A stretch of 64,000 nt of DNA from an uncultured Acidimicrobiaceae bacterium (GTDB lineage: Bacteria; Actinomycetota; Acidimicrobiia; Acidimicrobiales; RAAP-2), in the NCBI GenBank assembly GCA_964621235.1, contig CAZULR010000001.1, positions 1,058-65,057 on the forward strand, given 5' to 3'. The notes below the pieces were generated by a model. The model did not search any database, had not been told where the DNA came from, and was given only the letters and a program-made list of their open reading frames with translations. Positions 9,687 through 19,480 of the stretch are shown here, piece after piece (the first letter of the stretch is position 1; each line of letters starts with the position of its first letter). A program made the translations under genes and the position numbers.

Positions 9687-10086
9687 TGCGACCCACTGAC
9701 CACCAATCGACCCGAGAACCGAGAGCGGTCCAGGTGCCGGTCCTGCGGGGCAGGCATCGCTGCGGCACCCACCGACGGTCCGATCGTCACGCGACGACGT
9801 CCGCAGACAGACTCGACACCGACATGGAGCGAAGATCAAGGTGTCGGACCGAGGCGGCGGGACGACTTCGGGACGAGCGGTAGGAGGCCTCGGAGGAGAC
9901 GCTGAGCATCTCGTTCGGCAGGCCCAGGATCACGACCTCGTGCCCGAGTCCTCGGATCCGGAAACGTGCCGTCCTCATTCCTCGGCGTTCCTGTGTGGTG
10001 GGGCCGGGTAGGTCCTCACGGTCGATCCGGTCGTGCCGCGCCGCGACCCGTGCCGTCGGCGATTGCGGGTGGGCCGTGCCGGGGGA

Positions 10087-10917
10087 TCAGGCCGGGTCGC
10101 GTCCCGGTGGCACGAACTCGAGGTAGAAGTCGGCATCACTCGCCAACCGCGCGAAGACTTCATCGCCCAGGGTCCGATTGGCGGCGACCTGTCGATCCAT
10201 CCAGGCGTCGATGCGCATGTCGTCCACCGTCCGGACGATGCGCCCGAGCTTGGGAATCCGTTCGCCCCGCTTCCACCGGGCGGGTCGGCCGGCCTTGATG
10301 CTCCGGGACATGGGATTCCGGAAGCCGGCGCCGTGGTGGTAGACGATGTCGCCGTAGACGGCAAACCACAACGGATGGAGATCGACCGTGTTGGTGCGCA
10401 CCAGCGGCGTCCAGGGCAGGTTCTCCCGCTCCAGGGTGGCCAGGAGATTGCCGCCGGAATCCGTCGTCATGAACCCCGAGGGGAGTCTCCACGGGTGGCC
10501 CATCGACCAGTCGCCCCGGATGCGGGCCCAGTCACCGGCCCGGATCACGCAGAAACACGGGTGAGGTTGCGGATCCCCCTGGTTCTCGTCACGTCTCACG
10601 GCGACCAGGACGGTCGATGCCAGGGCATCGCGGATGACCGGCATCGGGTCCACGATGGGGAACGCGTCGCCGTCGAGGAACATGATCAGGTCGTCAGGAT
10701 CGGCCTCGGCCACGATCTCCGCGGCCAGGAGATTGAGCTTTCCGGGGTGGCCCTCGAGTGCCGGTACCACCCGATCGAATTTCACTTCCTGATGCCCGGG
10801 TACTCCCTCCAGGCTGGCCACCACTCGGTACGGCTCGTGGAGGTGGCGTCGCAGGTAGGCGAGCTGGATGTCGATCCACTTGTTCGACTGGTAGTGCACG
10901 GTGGCGACGTGGATCAT
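10087..10917 (-). CDS. putative GT-A-like glycosyltransferase with DXD motif
   Basis: ORF 10087..11034. Most plausible start is ATG 10917 (MIHVATVHYQSNKWIDIQLAYLRRHL). DLIMFLDGDAFPI is a DXD-type motif. Family not recognised beyond that. Confidence 0.6.
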   Translation of the reverse strand: MIHVATVHYQSNKWIDIQLAYLRRHLHEPYRVVASLEGVPGHQEVKFDRVVPALEGHPGKLNLLAAEIVAEADPDDLIMFLDGDAFPIVDPMPVIRDALASTVLVAVRRDENQGDPQPHPCFCVIRAGDWARIRGDWSMGHPWRLPSGFMTTDSGGNLLATLERENLPWTPLVRTNTVDLHPLWFAVYGDIVYHHGAGFRNPMSRSIKAGRPARWKRGERIPKLGRIVRTVDDMRIDAWMDRQVAANRTLGDEVFARLASDADFYLEFVPPGRDPA

Positions 10918-11073
10918 CGGTCGGTCCTGTCGATGATCGGCATCGTCAACCGTTCTACGGCAACAGACATGGGCCCCCTCGGAATCGTGATCGGGTACAC
11001 CACCAGGAGTGGTGCCGCCGATGGCAACTTGCATCGTACCAACCGGTTCGGATAGACATCGGACGAGCCGCGC

Positions 11074-12090
11074 TCAGTCGACCCGTGTCGATCCGTCGGG
11101 GTCCCGCAGACTGGAGACCACGTCCCGCATCGAGAGGGAACGCATCCCTTCGGTGTCGGCGAGCTGGTCGAACTCGTCGAAGATGCGCTGCAGGAACTCG
11201 AAGTTCTCCTTGGGATAGCGCGTGAAATTGTGCGGGTGCCACCAGAGATGGAACAGGCGGTGTCGACGTGCTGCATAGCGCATTCCTGCCACCAGACGGT
11301 GGAGCTTCCTTGAGTCGAGACTCCGACGCCCCGGTGAGTACGGTCGCAAGAACGCGCTGGCCGGAATGTCGCAGAGCCCATTCGGGCGGAGCACCTCGTG
11401 CCATGCCACCGTAGGCGGGGGACCGGCCCCGGCGTACGTGTCGATCAGGCGGGCGACGCGGGCGGTCCGTGACTGTTCGTCCCCGGACCGCGCGCGATGC
11501 CCCCACGACGGCTGGGGCCCGCGGATACAGTCGAATCCCTGCTCGAGGACGATGTCGGCGTAGCTCGGATTCCACTGGTTCCGGGGAAGGACCAGACTGG
11601 TGAGTTGCACCCCGTGGAGCGAGGCGGCGGATTGCGCCGCGGCGAGATCGGCACGGAACTGCTCCCCACCCTGGCCGGCTTCGAGGCAGTAGTAGTGGGA
11701 GAACGTGTGGGAGGCGACTTCCTGGCCGGTGGTCGCCGCCAACTCACGGACCAGCGAGCCGGCCAAGTGCTCCGGGTCGGTGCGTTCGTCCGCGCCCACG
11801 GGTTCGTCGTACGGATCGAACTCGTGGCGCAGATAGGAGGGTCGCAGCTGGGGAGCGTGCGCGAGGAGTTCGCTCCTCGTGGAGGCGAAGAGGAAACCGA
11901 CGGTCGCCCAGGTCGCATGGATACCACGCTGGGCGAAGCATGAGGCCATCTCCGACACCATGGCGCGGGAGTCCGCCAACTCGGCAAACGTCGGACTCTG
12001 CCGGTCCACATGGTCCCGCATCCCCCAGTGGAGCTCGAAGTCGAGCGAGATGACGAGCGCCCCGGGACGAGACGGTTCACCTAGTTGCAC
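11074..12090 (-). CDS. polysaccharide deacetylase (CE4-like)
   Basis: 338 aa, GTG start. ISLDFELHWG, HTFSHYY and LWWHPHNF are boxes typical of EPS-cluster polysaccharide deacetylases. Confidence 0.85.
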   Translation of the reverse strand: MQLGEPSRPGALVISLDFELHWGMRDHVDRQSPTFAELADSRAMVSEMASCFAQRGIHATWATVGFLFASTRSELLAHAPQLRPSYLRHEFDPYDEPVGADERTDPEHLAGSLVRELAATTGQEVASHTFSHYYCLEAGQGGEQFRADLAAAQSAASLHGVQLTSLVLPRNQWNPSYADIVLEQGFDCIRGPQPSWGHRARSGDEQSRTARVARLIDTYAGAGPPPTVAWHEVLRPNGLCDIPASAFLRPYSPGRRSLDSRKLHRLVAGMRYAARRHRLFHLWWHPHNFTRYPKENFEFLQRIFDEFDQLADTEGMRSLSMRDVVSSLRDPDGSTRVD

Positions 12091-12217
12091 GTGCCACCTC
12101 CGGGCCCGTGTCGTGATCCCGGTCGGGGAACGGGAATGGCCGGATCACGATGGATGGCTGCAACTGGCAAGTTGGCTACCCCCGCACCGATCGGCGATCG
12201 TCTCGAGTATCGACGTC

Positions 12218-13012
12218 TCAACGTACCCCGTCCTTCACCCGGTGACGGACGTATTGCCAGAGGGTCGGATGCAGGTAGAGGCGGCTCCCGTCCGGCAACC
12301 CCGACGCGGGGACCGGCGTCAGTTCACCGACTTCACGGAGTCGTGCGAGCTGGTCCGCCAGCACCGGGAGTCCGGCGGCCAGGTGCAGGTAGGGATAGGT
12401 GGCCACCGTGTCGGCACATGTCGGCTCGAAGGTCGCCTGGGCGAGCACGCCGCCGGTGTCGATGCCCTGGTCGACCAAGTGCACGGTCGTTCCCACCAGT
12501 TCGGGCGTGCCTTGGACGAGGGCCCAGTAGCCGCCGTGGACGCCCCGGAAGCGTGGTGTGATCCCGGCATGGGTGTTGATGATCGGGCAGTCGAGCGCAT
12601 CGAGGAGCGGGCGCGAGATGATCCGGGTTCCGTTCACCACCACGACTGACGGATGGAGCGACCGGAGGATCGTGGCGGTCTGAGGATCGTTGACGGACGG
12701 GACGTGCGTGACTCGCGGGAAGGGCGTGGCGTCCAGTCCTGACTGCTCCAGGATCACGCCGATCCGACGCCGCCCCTGCCGACGGAGGATCGGCATCGCG
12801 AGGGCGATGAAGAGGACCTGGCCCAGCACGGTGAACCACCCGACGCGTGTCGCACGTCGGCGGGCCATCGCCCAGCGCGAGGGGGGCGCTTCAACGACCA
12901 CCCGGAGATCGTCGACCCGGTGGGCAAGGTAGTTGGCCACGATGTCGGTGGTGTCGCCGGGACCCGCGAGGAGGACGACAGGACCCGTCGGGCCTCGGGA
13001 ATCACCGGGCAC
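12218..13012 (-). CDS. formyltransferase (Formyl_trans_N fold), candidate sugar N-formyltransferase
   Basis: 264 aa. VVVVNGTRIISRPLLDALDCPIINTHAGITPRFRGVHG and VHLVDQGIDTGGVL give the N/H/D catalytic pattern of formyltransferases. There is an extra hydrophobic helix near the N-terminus. Confidence 0.8.
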   Translation of the reverse strand: MPGDSRGPTGPVVLLAGPGDTTDIVANYLAHRVDDLRVVVEAPPSRWAMARRRATRVGWFTVLGQVLFIALAMPILRRQGRRRIGVILEQSGLDATPFPRVTHVPSVNDPQTATILRSLHPSVVVVNGTRIISRPLLDALDCPIINTHAGITPRFRGVHGGYWALVQGTPELVGTTVHLVDQGIDTGGVLAQATFEPTCADTVATYPYLHLAAGLPVLADQLARLREVGELTPVPASGLPDGSRLYLHPTLWQYVRHRVKDGVR

Positions 13013-13023
13013 GCGGGTTCAGC

Positions 13024-14346
13024 TCAGGTGAGTTCGCCGAAGGACGCGTGCCCGAGATCACGGCTGTTGGCGATCGCGACAGCGGCGAGTTGTGAGCGCA
13101 CCCCGAGCTTCCGGAGGACGGATCCGATGTGCGATCGGACGGTCGTCACGGAGACGACCAGTTCCTGGGCGATCCTCTGGGCGGAGCACCCCTCGGTCAG
13201 ATAGAAGAGCACGCGGCGCTCACTGATGGTCAGGCCGACCAGGGAGAGAAAACGAGGCGGGAGCGTGCAGTCGCCGGCCGCAGAGGAGTCCGCTTGCGGG
13301 CGGGAGGTCTGGCTACCCAGGGCGTCAGCCAACTGGTGCATGCCGAACACGGGTCGCGCGCCCTGGGCCACGCAGCTGGCGACGATGCCGGCCCCCGCTC
13401 CCGCGCTGACGGCGAGGACGGGGACATCGACCGCACAGTAGGAGGCGGTCAGGCGCGCGGCGATGTCCCACGGGCCCGAGGCCCACGTGGGCGTCTGGCC
13501 CGTCCAGGCTCCGTCCAGCGCAAGCACTACCTGGTCGACGGGGAACCCGTCGATGGAGCAGGTGAGTTGGTCATCCTGGGAGAAAATCAGGACCTCGGTT
13601 CGACAACCCGCCCGCTCGGCGACCCGCGCCGCTCCCGTGGCGGTCAGGCTCGGTTCGCCGGCCACCGGCGTCATGGGATCCACCACCAGGACGATCCGGG
13701 TCGGCTGATCGGCGCCCGGGGGGGCGAAGCGAGACGATCTGGCCCGCGCCGACGGCGAGTGGCTCGCCGACTTGTCCCGCAGGCGGCCGGCCTCGTAGCG
13801 GTAGACGCTTCGCCGACGAATGGTCTGGACGGGGGAGTGGCCCTGGACCGATGGCCCCCGTCTGGTCAGGGGCCGATCGACGGTGACCACCGCTCGGTGA
13901 TCACCGGTGAGGGCGTCGTGGTGGCGGTGCAGCTGCGCATGGCTGCATCGCGTCGACGTGAGGGCACTGCTGTCGACGGCCGTATGGGGAAGATGGACGT
14001 CGGGGCAGGCGATGCCGACCGAGACGGAGAGCTGGACGCCGGGAAGGTCAATGAGCGGACTCTGGTCGACGGCTCGTGCCAGCCGGTCTCCCAGGACCTG
14101 GGGAAGGGCACCGCTCGCGACCGATCCGAACTCGATGGTCATGCGCGAGGAGGCGACGGGACAGATGTGGTCTTCGGCCCGCACGGCATGCTCGATCAGC
14201 TTCTGCGCCAACTCCATCACTTCGGCACGGAGCTGGGGAGGAAGGGCCTCACCGTCCCGGGTGACCTCGATCGCCACGCACGCGACCGTGTGCGCGGCGC
14301 GCTCGCAGCTGTCGTCGGAAGGAGTCCGTTGCAATTCGTCCAGCAT
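13024..14346 (-). CDS. LuxR-family transcriptional regulator with N-terminal degenerate GGDEF-like domain
   Basis: C-terminal HTH: LTISERRVLFYLTEGCSAQRIAQELVVSVTTVRSHIGSVLRKLGV. The N-terminus has GGDEF-domain architecture (RAED-5 aa-ASSRM at the GGDEF position, later LSVSVGIA). The middle region is receiver-like (IVLVVDP, VVLALDG, VLAVSAG). Confidence 0.85.
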   Translation of the reverse strand: MLDELQRTPSDDSCERAAHTVACVAIEVTRDGEALPPQLRAEVMELAQKLIEHAVRAEDHICPVASSRMTIEFGSVASGALPQVLGDRLARAVDQSPLIDLPGVQLSVSVGIACPDVHLPHTAVDSSALTSTRCSHAQLHRHHDALTGDHRAVVTVDRPLTRRGPSVQGHSPVQTIRRRSVYRYEAGRLRDKSASHSPSARARSSRFAPPGADQPTRIVLVVDPMTPVAGEPSLTATGAARVAERAGCRTEVLIFSQDDQLTCSIDGFPVDQVVLALDGAWTGQTPTWASGPWDIAARLTASYCAVDVPVLAVSAGAGAGIVASCVAQGARPVFGMHQLADALGSQTSRPQADSSAAGDCTLPPRFLSLVGLTISERRVLFYLTEGCSAQRIAQELVVSVTTVRSHIGSVLRKLGVRSQLAAVAIANSRDLGHASFGELT

Positions 14347-14505
14347 GTTGCCCCCAAGCGCAGCCGATGACGTGCTGTTGAACTGACCTCCCCGACCATC
14401 AGCGCAGAGGCCATTCTATCGGCGGTGGGTCGATTGGCAACAGGCCCGGATCGTCGTCCGCTGAATCCCGGCAACCGCCTCACCTCAGATGCGCTGACCT
14501 GGACA

Positions 14506-15162
14506 TCACCGAGATCCTGCCCGCGCGCCCAGGAGCCGGCATTGCTGGAGTACGGCATCCAGGGTCAGGACGAATCCAGCCCCGAATGTCGCCCCCACGA
14601 GAGCGTCACTCGGGTAGTGCCAGCGGAGGCCGACCACGGCAAACCCCATCAGCACGACCACGGTCGCGCCGGCGACTACGACGACCGGAACCAGCTTGCG
14701 GGGCACGGCGAGTGCCCAAGCGGTCGCCAGTGACGCAACCACGGTCACGCTCCCCGACGGGAAGGTCAGGACGTCGACGTACCGTCGGCCCACCATCGGC
14801 TTGACGACCCATTCGACTACCGCGGAGGCGACGATCGGACCGACGAGGCAGGACACCGCCCTCCATCGGTCCCTTCCGACGACGACAACGGCGGCCAGGG
14901 CCGATCCGCCGACCAGTACGACCGTGCTACCGAGGTGGGAGATGCCGAGGAAGAGCGGTTCATGCAGGGCTGGAGGCTGGACCCGGAATCCCCAACGGTC
15001 CAGTTCGTTCGGACCGGGATACTTCCACACGGCCAGGGCGGCCACGAACGACCAGAGGAGGAGGAGCACACCGGCGAGCAATTCCCCGTGCTCCCGGAAC
15101 GGATGCGTGGCTGTCGGTGCAGCCCTTCGCCTCACGGAGTTCAAGACGACGAGGAGAACCAA
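14506..15162 (-). CDS. PAP2-superfamily phosphatase (candidate polyprenyl-diphosphate or lipid phosphatase)
   Basis: 218 aa, polytopic. The three PAP2 boxes are KPMVGRR, FPSGSV and LRWHYPSDA. Its 5' end overlaps the 3' end of the next gene by 22 nt. Confidence 0.8.
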   Translation of the reverse strand: MVLLVVLNSVRRRAAPTATHPFREHGELLAGVLLLLWSFVAALAVWKYPGPNELDRWGFRVQPPALHEPLFLGISHLGSTVVLVGGSALAAVVVVGRDRWRAVSCLVGPIVASAVVEWVVKPMVGRRYVDVLTFPSGSVTVVASLATAWALAVPRKLVPVVVVAGATVVVLMGFAVVGLRWHYPSDALVGATFGAGFVLTLDAVLQQCRLLGARAGSR

Positions 15163-16076
15163 TCGATCGTCGCGGCCAATCCATCCTCCAGGCCCACCGG
15201 TCGAGTGTCTGGAAACAGTCGCCGCAGTCGTTCGAAGTCGGCCTGTGAGTCCCGCACGTCACCCGCACGCGGTGCGGTGTGCTGCCGTTCCAGCGTGCGT
15301 CCGAGCTGCGCCTCGATAACCTCGATGAGCGTCAGCAACGACACACGGGTTCCAAATGCCAGATTGACCGGCCGATCGGAGGTCACCTGCCGGCGAGCGG
15401 CGTCACCCAGAATGGCGGTCACCGTTCCGACATAGGTGAAGTCGCGGGTCTGGAGGCCGTCACCATGCACAGGAAGCGGTTCCCCCCGCAGCGCTGCAGC
15501 CAGGAACACCGGGACGACGGCGGCGTAGGCGTGGTCCGGTGCCTGGAGCGGACCGAATACATTGAAGAACCGGAACGCGAGGACGGGCATATCGAAGGAC
15601 TTCCCGTACGCCAGCGCATAGGACTCTGCGGCCAGCTTGCTCGCAGCGTACGGACTTACCGGCATCGTCGCCATGTCCTCGTGCTTGGGCAGGGTGGGAT
15701 TGGAGCCGTAGACCGACGACGATGACGCCACGATCACCTGGGGCCGTCCGTGGCGGCGACTGGCCTCCAGCACCTCCACCGTCCCCGTGGCATTGACCAG
15801 ATGGCTGGCCATCGGGTCCTCGAGTGAGCGAGGAACGGACGGACGAGCGGCCAGGTGGATGATGGTGTCCGCGCCGGGAACGACTGCATCCAGCAGCTCC
15901 GGGTCGAGGATGGAGCCCTTGACGAACTCGACCGCATCGAGTCCCTCCAGGTTCTCGATCCTTCCGGACGAGAGGTCGTCGATGACGACCACCTCGTCGA
16001 CCGTCGGGTCCTCCAGGAGCGTGCGGCACAGATTGGCGCCGATGAACCCCGCCCCACCGGTGACCACGACGTTCAT
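15141..16076 (-). CDS. NAD-dependent SDR epimerase/dehydratase (UDP-hexose or UDP-HexNAc 4-epimerase-like)
   Basis: 311 aa. VVTGGAGFIGANL Rossmann motif and the YAASK catalytic YxxxK. Confidence 0.9.
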   Translation of the reverse strand: MNVVVTGGAGFIGANLCRTLLEDPTVDEVVVIDDLSSGRIENLEGLDAVEFVKGSILDPELLDAVVPGADTIIHLAARPSVPRSLEDPMASHLVNATGTVEVLEASRRHGRPQVIVASSSSVYGSNPTLPKHEDMATMPVSPYAASKLAAESYALAYGKSFDMPVLAFRFFNVFGPLQAPDHAYAAVVPVFLAAALRGEPLPVHGDGLQTRDFTYVGTVTAILGDAARRQVTSDRPVNLAFGTRVSLLTLIEVIEAQLGRTLERQHTAPRAGDVRDSQADFERLRRLFPDTRPVGLEDGLAATIDWFSSSS

Positions 16077-16128
16077 GAGAACCTACGGGCGCGTGCGACC
16101 GATGCCCCAGCCGACGGCTTCCGGACGG

Positions 16129-17439
16129 TCACAGCCGTTCGATGGACGGTCCGTCCAGCCGGTTGCGGGTGTCGAGGACATAGGTCGCGTGGTCGCGGAT
16201 CAGGTCGTAGTCGAACGCGTCGTGGTCGGTGACGAGAAGCACGGCATCGGCGGAGGACAGTTCGGCGGCGGTCACTTCGACCAGGGGAAAGGCGAGGGTA
16301 TCCCCGGAGAGGTGTGGATCGGCGACACGCACGGACGCGCCGAGCGCCCGTAGCGAGTGGGCGATCACGGATCCGGGTGCCTCCCGGGCGTCGCCCGTGT
16401 TCCGCTTATAGGCCATGCCGAGCACGAGGACCTGTGCACCCTTGACCGCCAGGCCCCGATCGTTGAGGCCCAGCATGAGGCGCCGCACCACATAGTCCGG
16501 CATGTGCTCGTTGACGTCGTTCGCCAGTTCGACGAATCGGAACGGCTGGCCGAGACTCCGGCGCACCTTCCAGGACAGATAGCTCGGATCGATGGGGAGG
16601 CAGTGGCCGCCCACGCCGGGTCCGGGGGTGAAGCGCAGGTAGCCGAAGGGCTTGGTCGACGCCGCGTCGATCGCCTCCCAGACGTCGATATCGAGGTCGG
16701 CGGCGAACATGGCGAGTTCGTTGACCAGTGCGATGTTGACGTGTCGGAACGTGTTCTCGAGCAGCTTCGTGAGCTCGGCCTCGCGGGTGCCAGACACCGC
16801 CACGGTGCGCTCCACCAGCCGGTCGTAGAAGCGTCGGACGGCGGCCAGTGACGGACCGTCGATACCCGAGATGACCTTCGGCGTGTTCTCCAACTGCCAC
16901 GTGGTGTTGCCCGGGTCGATCCGCTCCGGGCTGTAGCCGAGGTGGAAGTCCCGTCCGGCGGCCAGACCCGACCCTTCCTCCAGGATGGGGCCGACGAGCT
17001 CCTCGGTCGTGCCGGGATAGCTGGTCGACTCCAGCACCACCGTCGCACCGGGACGGAGGTGGTGGGCGAGGGTGGCGGCGGCGTCGGTGACGAAGCTCAG
17101 ATTCGGATTGCCGTCGTGGAGCGGCGTGGGGACGTCGATGACCGCCACGTCGAATCCGCTCATGTGCTGTGGATCGTCGGTCGGGACGAACCGACCAGAG
17201 GCGAGGGCGGCGGCAAGACGGCTGTCGGTGATGTCCTCTACATAGGAGTCTGCGTCCACCAGACGCTTGATCCGATCCACGTCGATATCGAATCCCACCA
17301 CGTCGTAGCCGACCTCGACCGCCCGCAGGGCGAGCGGGAGGCCGACATAGCCCTGACCGACGACGACGAGCTTCTCGGGCATGGAGTTCGGGCTCAACGG
17401 GTGTCCCGTCGCCGGATCACGCAGATACCTGATCGGCAC
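16129..17439 (-). CDS. nucleotide-sugar 6-dehydrogenase (UDP-glucose/GDP-mannose dehydrogenase family)
   Basis: 436 aa. VVGQGYVGLPLA NAD fold and GGHCLPIDP catalytic Cys. Alternative start ATG 17382 (MPEKLVVVG) would remove the overlap with the upstream gene. Confidence 0.9.
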   Translation of the reverse strand: MPIRYLRDPATGHPLSPNSMPEKLVVVGQGYVGLPLALRAVEVGYDVVGFDIDVDRIKRLVDADSYVEDITDSRLAAALASGRFVPTDDPQHMSGFDVAVIDVPTPLHDGNPNLSFVTDAAATLAHHLRPGATVVLESTSYPGTTEELVGPILEEGSGLAAGRDFHLGYSPERIDPGNTTWQLENTPKVISGIDGPSLAAVRRFYDRLVERTVAVSGTREAELTKLLENTFRHVNIALVNELAMFAADLDIDVWEAIDAASTKPFGYLRFTPGPGVGGHCLPIDPSYLSWKVRRSLGQPFRFVELANDVNEHMPDYVVRRLMLGLNDRGLAVKGAQVLVLGMAYKRNTGDAREAPGSVIAHSLRALGASVRVADPHLSGDTLAFPLVEVTAAELSSADAVLLVTDHDAFDYDLIRDHATYVLDTRNRLDGPSIERL

Positions 17440-19480
17440 CGGTGTCCGGCGGAACGAATTCGTCGGTCAGCGCCTCCCGGAGCTCGACGGCGTTCTGGTC
17501 CTCGGTGGGCTCGGGCCAGGAGAACTCCGGTTCGGCGACCGTGTGGACCTGGTCCCGCTCCGCTCCACCGGCGGACGCGGCGTTGAAGAGCAGGAAACGC
17601 ACGAGGTCGTTGTCGCGACTGATGGTGGCCGCCTCGAGCTTCACCAATTCGGCGGCGAAGCGGTCGCGCGGTGCCGTGATCGGCGTGAGGCGGTTGATGT
17701 ACGGGTGACTTGTGGCGGCGACCTTCTCGTCGGGAGTGCTCAGCACTTCCGCGAGCTTTTCCCCGGGCCGGATCCCCGTGATCTCGATGGGGATGTCAAT
17801 GCCGACCTGGCAGCCCGAGAGCCGGATCATCCGCTCGGCGAGATCGAGGATTCTCACCGGAGTGCCCATCTCGAGCATGAAGATCTCGCCGCCCCGGGAG
17901 AGCACCGAGGCCTGCAGCACCAGCTGGACCGACTCCTCGACGCTCATGAAGAACCGGGTCATGCGCGGATCGGTGACCGTCACCGGTCCACCGTTGGCGA
18001 TCTGGCGGGCGAAGGTCGGGATGACGCTGCCCCGGCTGCCCAGCACGTTTCCGAATCGGACGGCGCAGTAGGCCGCGCCCTCGGGACTGACGGCCAGCAC
18101 CGTCTGCTCGGCAAGTCGCTTGGAGGCACCCATGACGCTCGACGGTCGCACGGCCTTGTCGGTAGAGATCTGTACGAATCTCGTCGTACCCGTCGTCGCT
18201 GCCGCATCGACCACGTTGCGGGTACCCAGGACGTTCGTCCTGGCGGCTTCGATGGGGTGCTGTTCCAGGACGGGCACGTGTTTGTGTGCGGCGGCGTGGA
18301 ACACCACCTCCGGTCGGTACTGTTCGAACGTCTCGAAGATCGCCGGGCGGTCGGCGATGTCGACGAGCGCCTGCTCGCAGGCACCGCCGACGGTGGCCGC
18401 AGTGTCGTGCAGATGGGTCTCGTCGTGGTCGAGCAGGACGAGGAGCGAAGGCTGCATGCCTGCCACCTGCCGGCAGATTTCCGAACCGATGGAGCCACCG
18501 GCACCGGTCACGAGCACCCGTCGGCCCTCCAGGGAATGACGGACGGCTTCGAGGTCGGTGGGCACGGGAGTCCGTCCGAGGAGGTCTTCGATCTGGGGCT
18601 CGCGTGCCTGACGCAACGCGGCGAGATGCGCAGGCTCGTTGATCATGTCCTTCACCCCGGGAAGGATCTTCATCGAGATACCGGCGGCCTCCGAGGATCG
18701 GAGGGCCCGTTCGACCAGCTCGGGACCGGGTGAGGGAATCGCCAGGAGAATCTGCTGGATCGTGTATCTGCTCGCCGATTCGGGGATCTCGGCGATCGTG
18801 CCCACGACCGGCACGCCGAGCAGGGAGAGTCCGTGGGCCCGGGGGTCGTCATCGAACACCGCAACAGGGACGAGCCCGGCGCCCGGGCTCCGGAGCATCT
18901 CGCGGATCGCCGCGGCTCCGGTGTCCCGGCTCCCGATCACCGCAACACGGAGTCCGAGGCGCTTCGAGCCCCGTTGCCAGGCGAACAGGCGTGAGTGGAA
19001 CCGCAGGACCCCCATGCCCGTTGCGGCGAACATGCATCCGACGCCGACGACGATGGGCGGCACGAGTTCGATCCGCAGCGTCCGACCCACGGGCCAGAAG
19101 GCGATGAGGACACAGAGCGTCACCGCCGTCGAGAGGGTCAGCTGACGGGCTTCGTCGGCTCCAGCGTGTCGCCACATGCGTCCGTAGAGACCGAAGATGC
19201 GGTTGCACACGAGGGTGACGATGATGGCCACGATCAGGAAACCCAAGAAGTGCTCCCAGTAGTGGGCCGGGGCACGATCACGGAAGTAGGCGACCTCGGC
19301 GAGGCCGTACCCGGCGACCACGCACACCACATCCAGCACGACGAACAGGATGACCGCCCGGACCCGGCTGGCCATGACGGCGAATTGCCAGCTCGCGGGG
19401 CTACCCTCGGCGGCCTGCGACGGCTCCCCGTGTTCTTTGGATACGTCCACTACGTCTGCCCCCTCCATCCGACGCCCCAA
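17417..19480 (-). CDS. membrane-bound NDP-sugar 4,6-dehydratase (CapD/PglF/WbpM family)
   Basis: 687 aa. Four N-terminal helices, then VAVIGSRDTGAA and VLVTGAGGSIGSEICRQV Rossmann motifs. An acidic C-terminal extension follows. Confidence 0.9.
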   Translation of the reverse strand: MGRRMEGADVVDVSKEHGEPSQAAEGSPASWQFAVMASRVRAVILFVVLDVVCVVAGYGLAEVAYFRDRAPAHYWEHFLGFLIVAIIVTLVCNRIFGLYGRMWRHAGADEARQLTLSTAVTLCVLIAFWPVGRTLRIELVPPIVVGVGCMFAATGMGVLRFHSRLFAWQRGSKRLGLRVAVIGSRDTGAAAIREMLRSPGAGLVPVAVFDDDPRAHGLSLLGVPVVGTIAEIPESASRYTIQQILLAIPSPGPELVERALRSSEAAGISMKILPGVKDMINEPAHLAALRQAREPQIEDLLGRTPVPTDLEAVRHSLEGRRVLVTGAGGSIGSEICRQVAGMQPSLLVLLDHDETHLHDTAATVGGACEQALVDIADRPAIFETFEQYRPEVVFHAAAHKHVPVLEQHPIEAARTNVLGTRNVVDAAATTGTTRFVQISTDKAVRPSSVMGASKRLAEQTVLAVSPEGAAYCAVRFGNVLGSRGSVIPTFARQIANGGPVTVTDPRMTRFFMSVEESVQLVLQASVLSRGGEIFMLEMGTPVRILDLAERMIRLSGCQVGIDIPIEITGIRPGEKLAEVLSTPDEKVAATSHPYINRLTPITAPRDRFAAELVKLEAATISRDNDLVRFLLFNAASAGGAERDQVHTVAEPEFSWPEPTEDQNAVELREALTDEFVPPDTGADQVSA

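Noticed and set aside
9787-9978. 63-aa reverse-strand ORF with high GC3 (RIRGLGHEVVILGLPNEML) in the 400-nt gap between 9686 and 10087. It is faintly reminiscent of a GT4 N-terminus.
   Set aside because: It is too short and has only one vague motif, with no RBS. It could be a relic, but I cannot support it.
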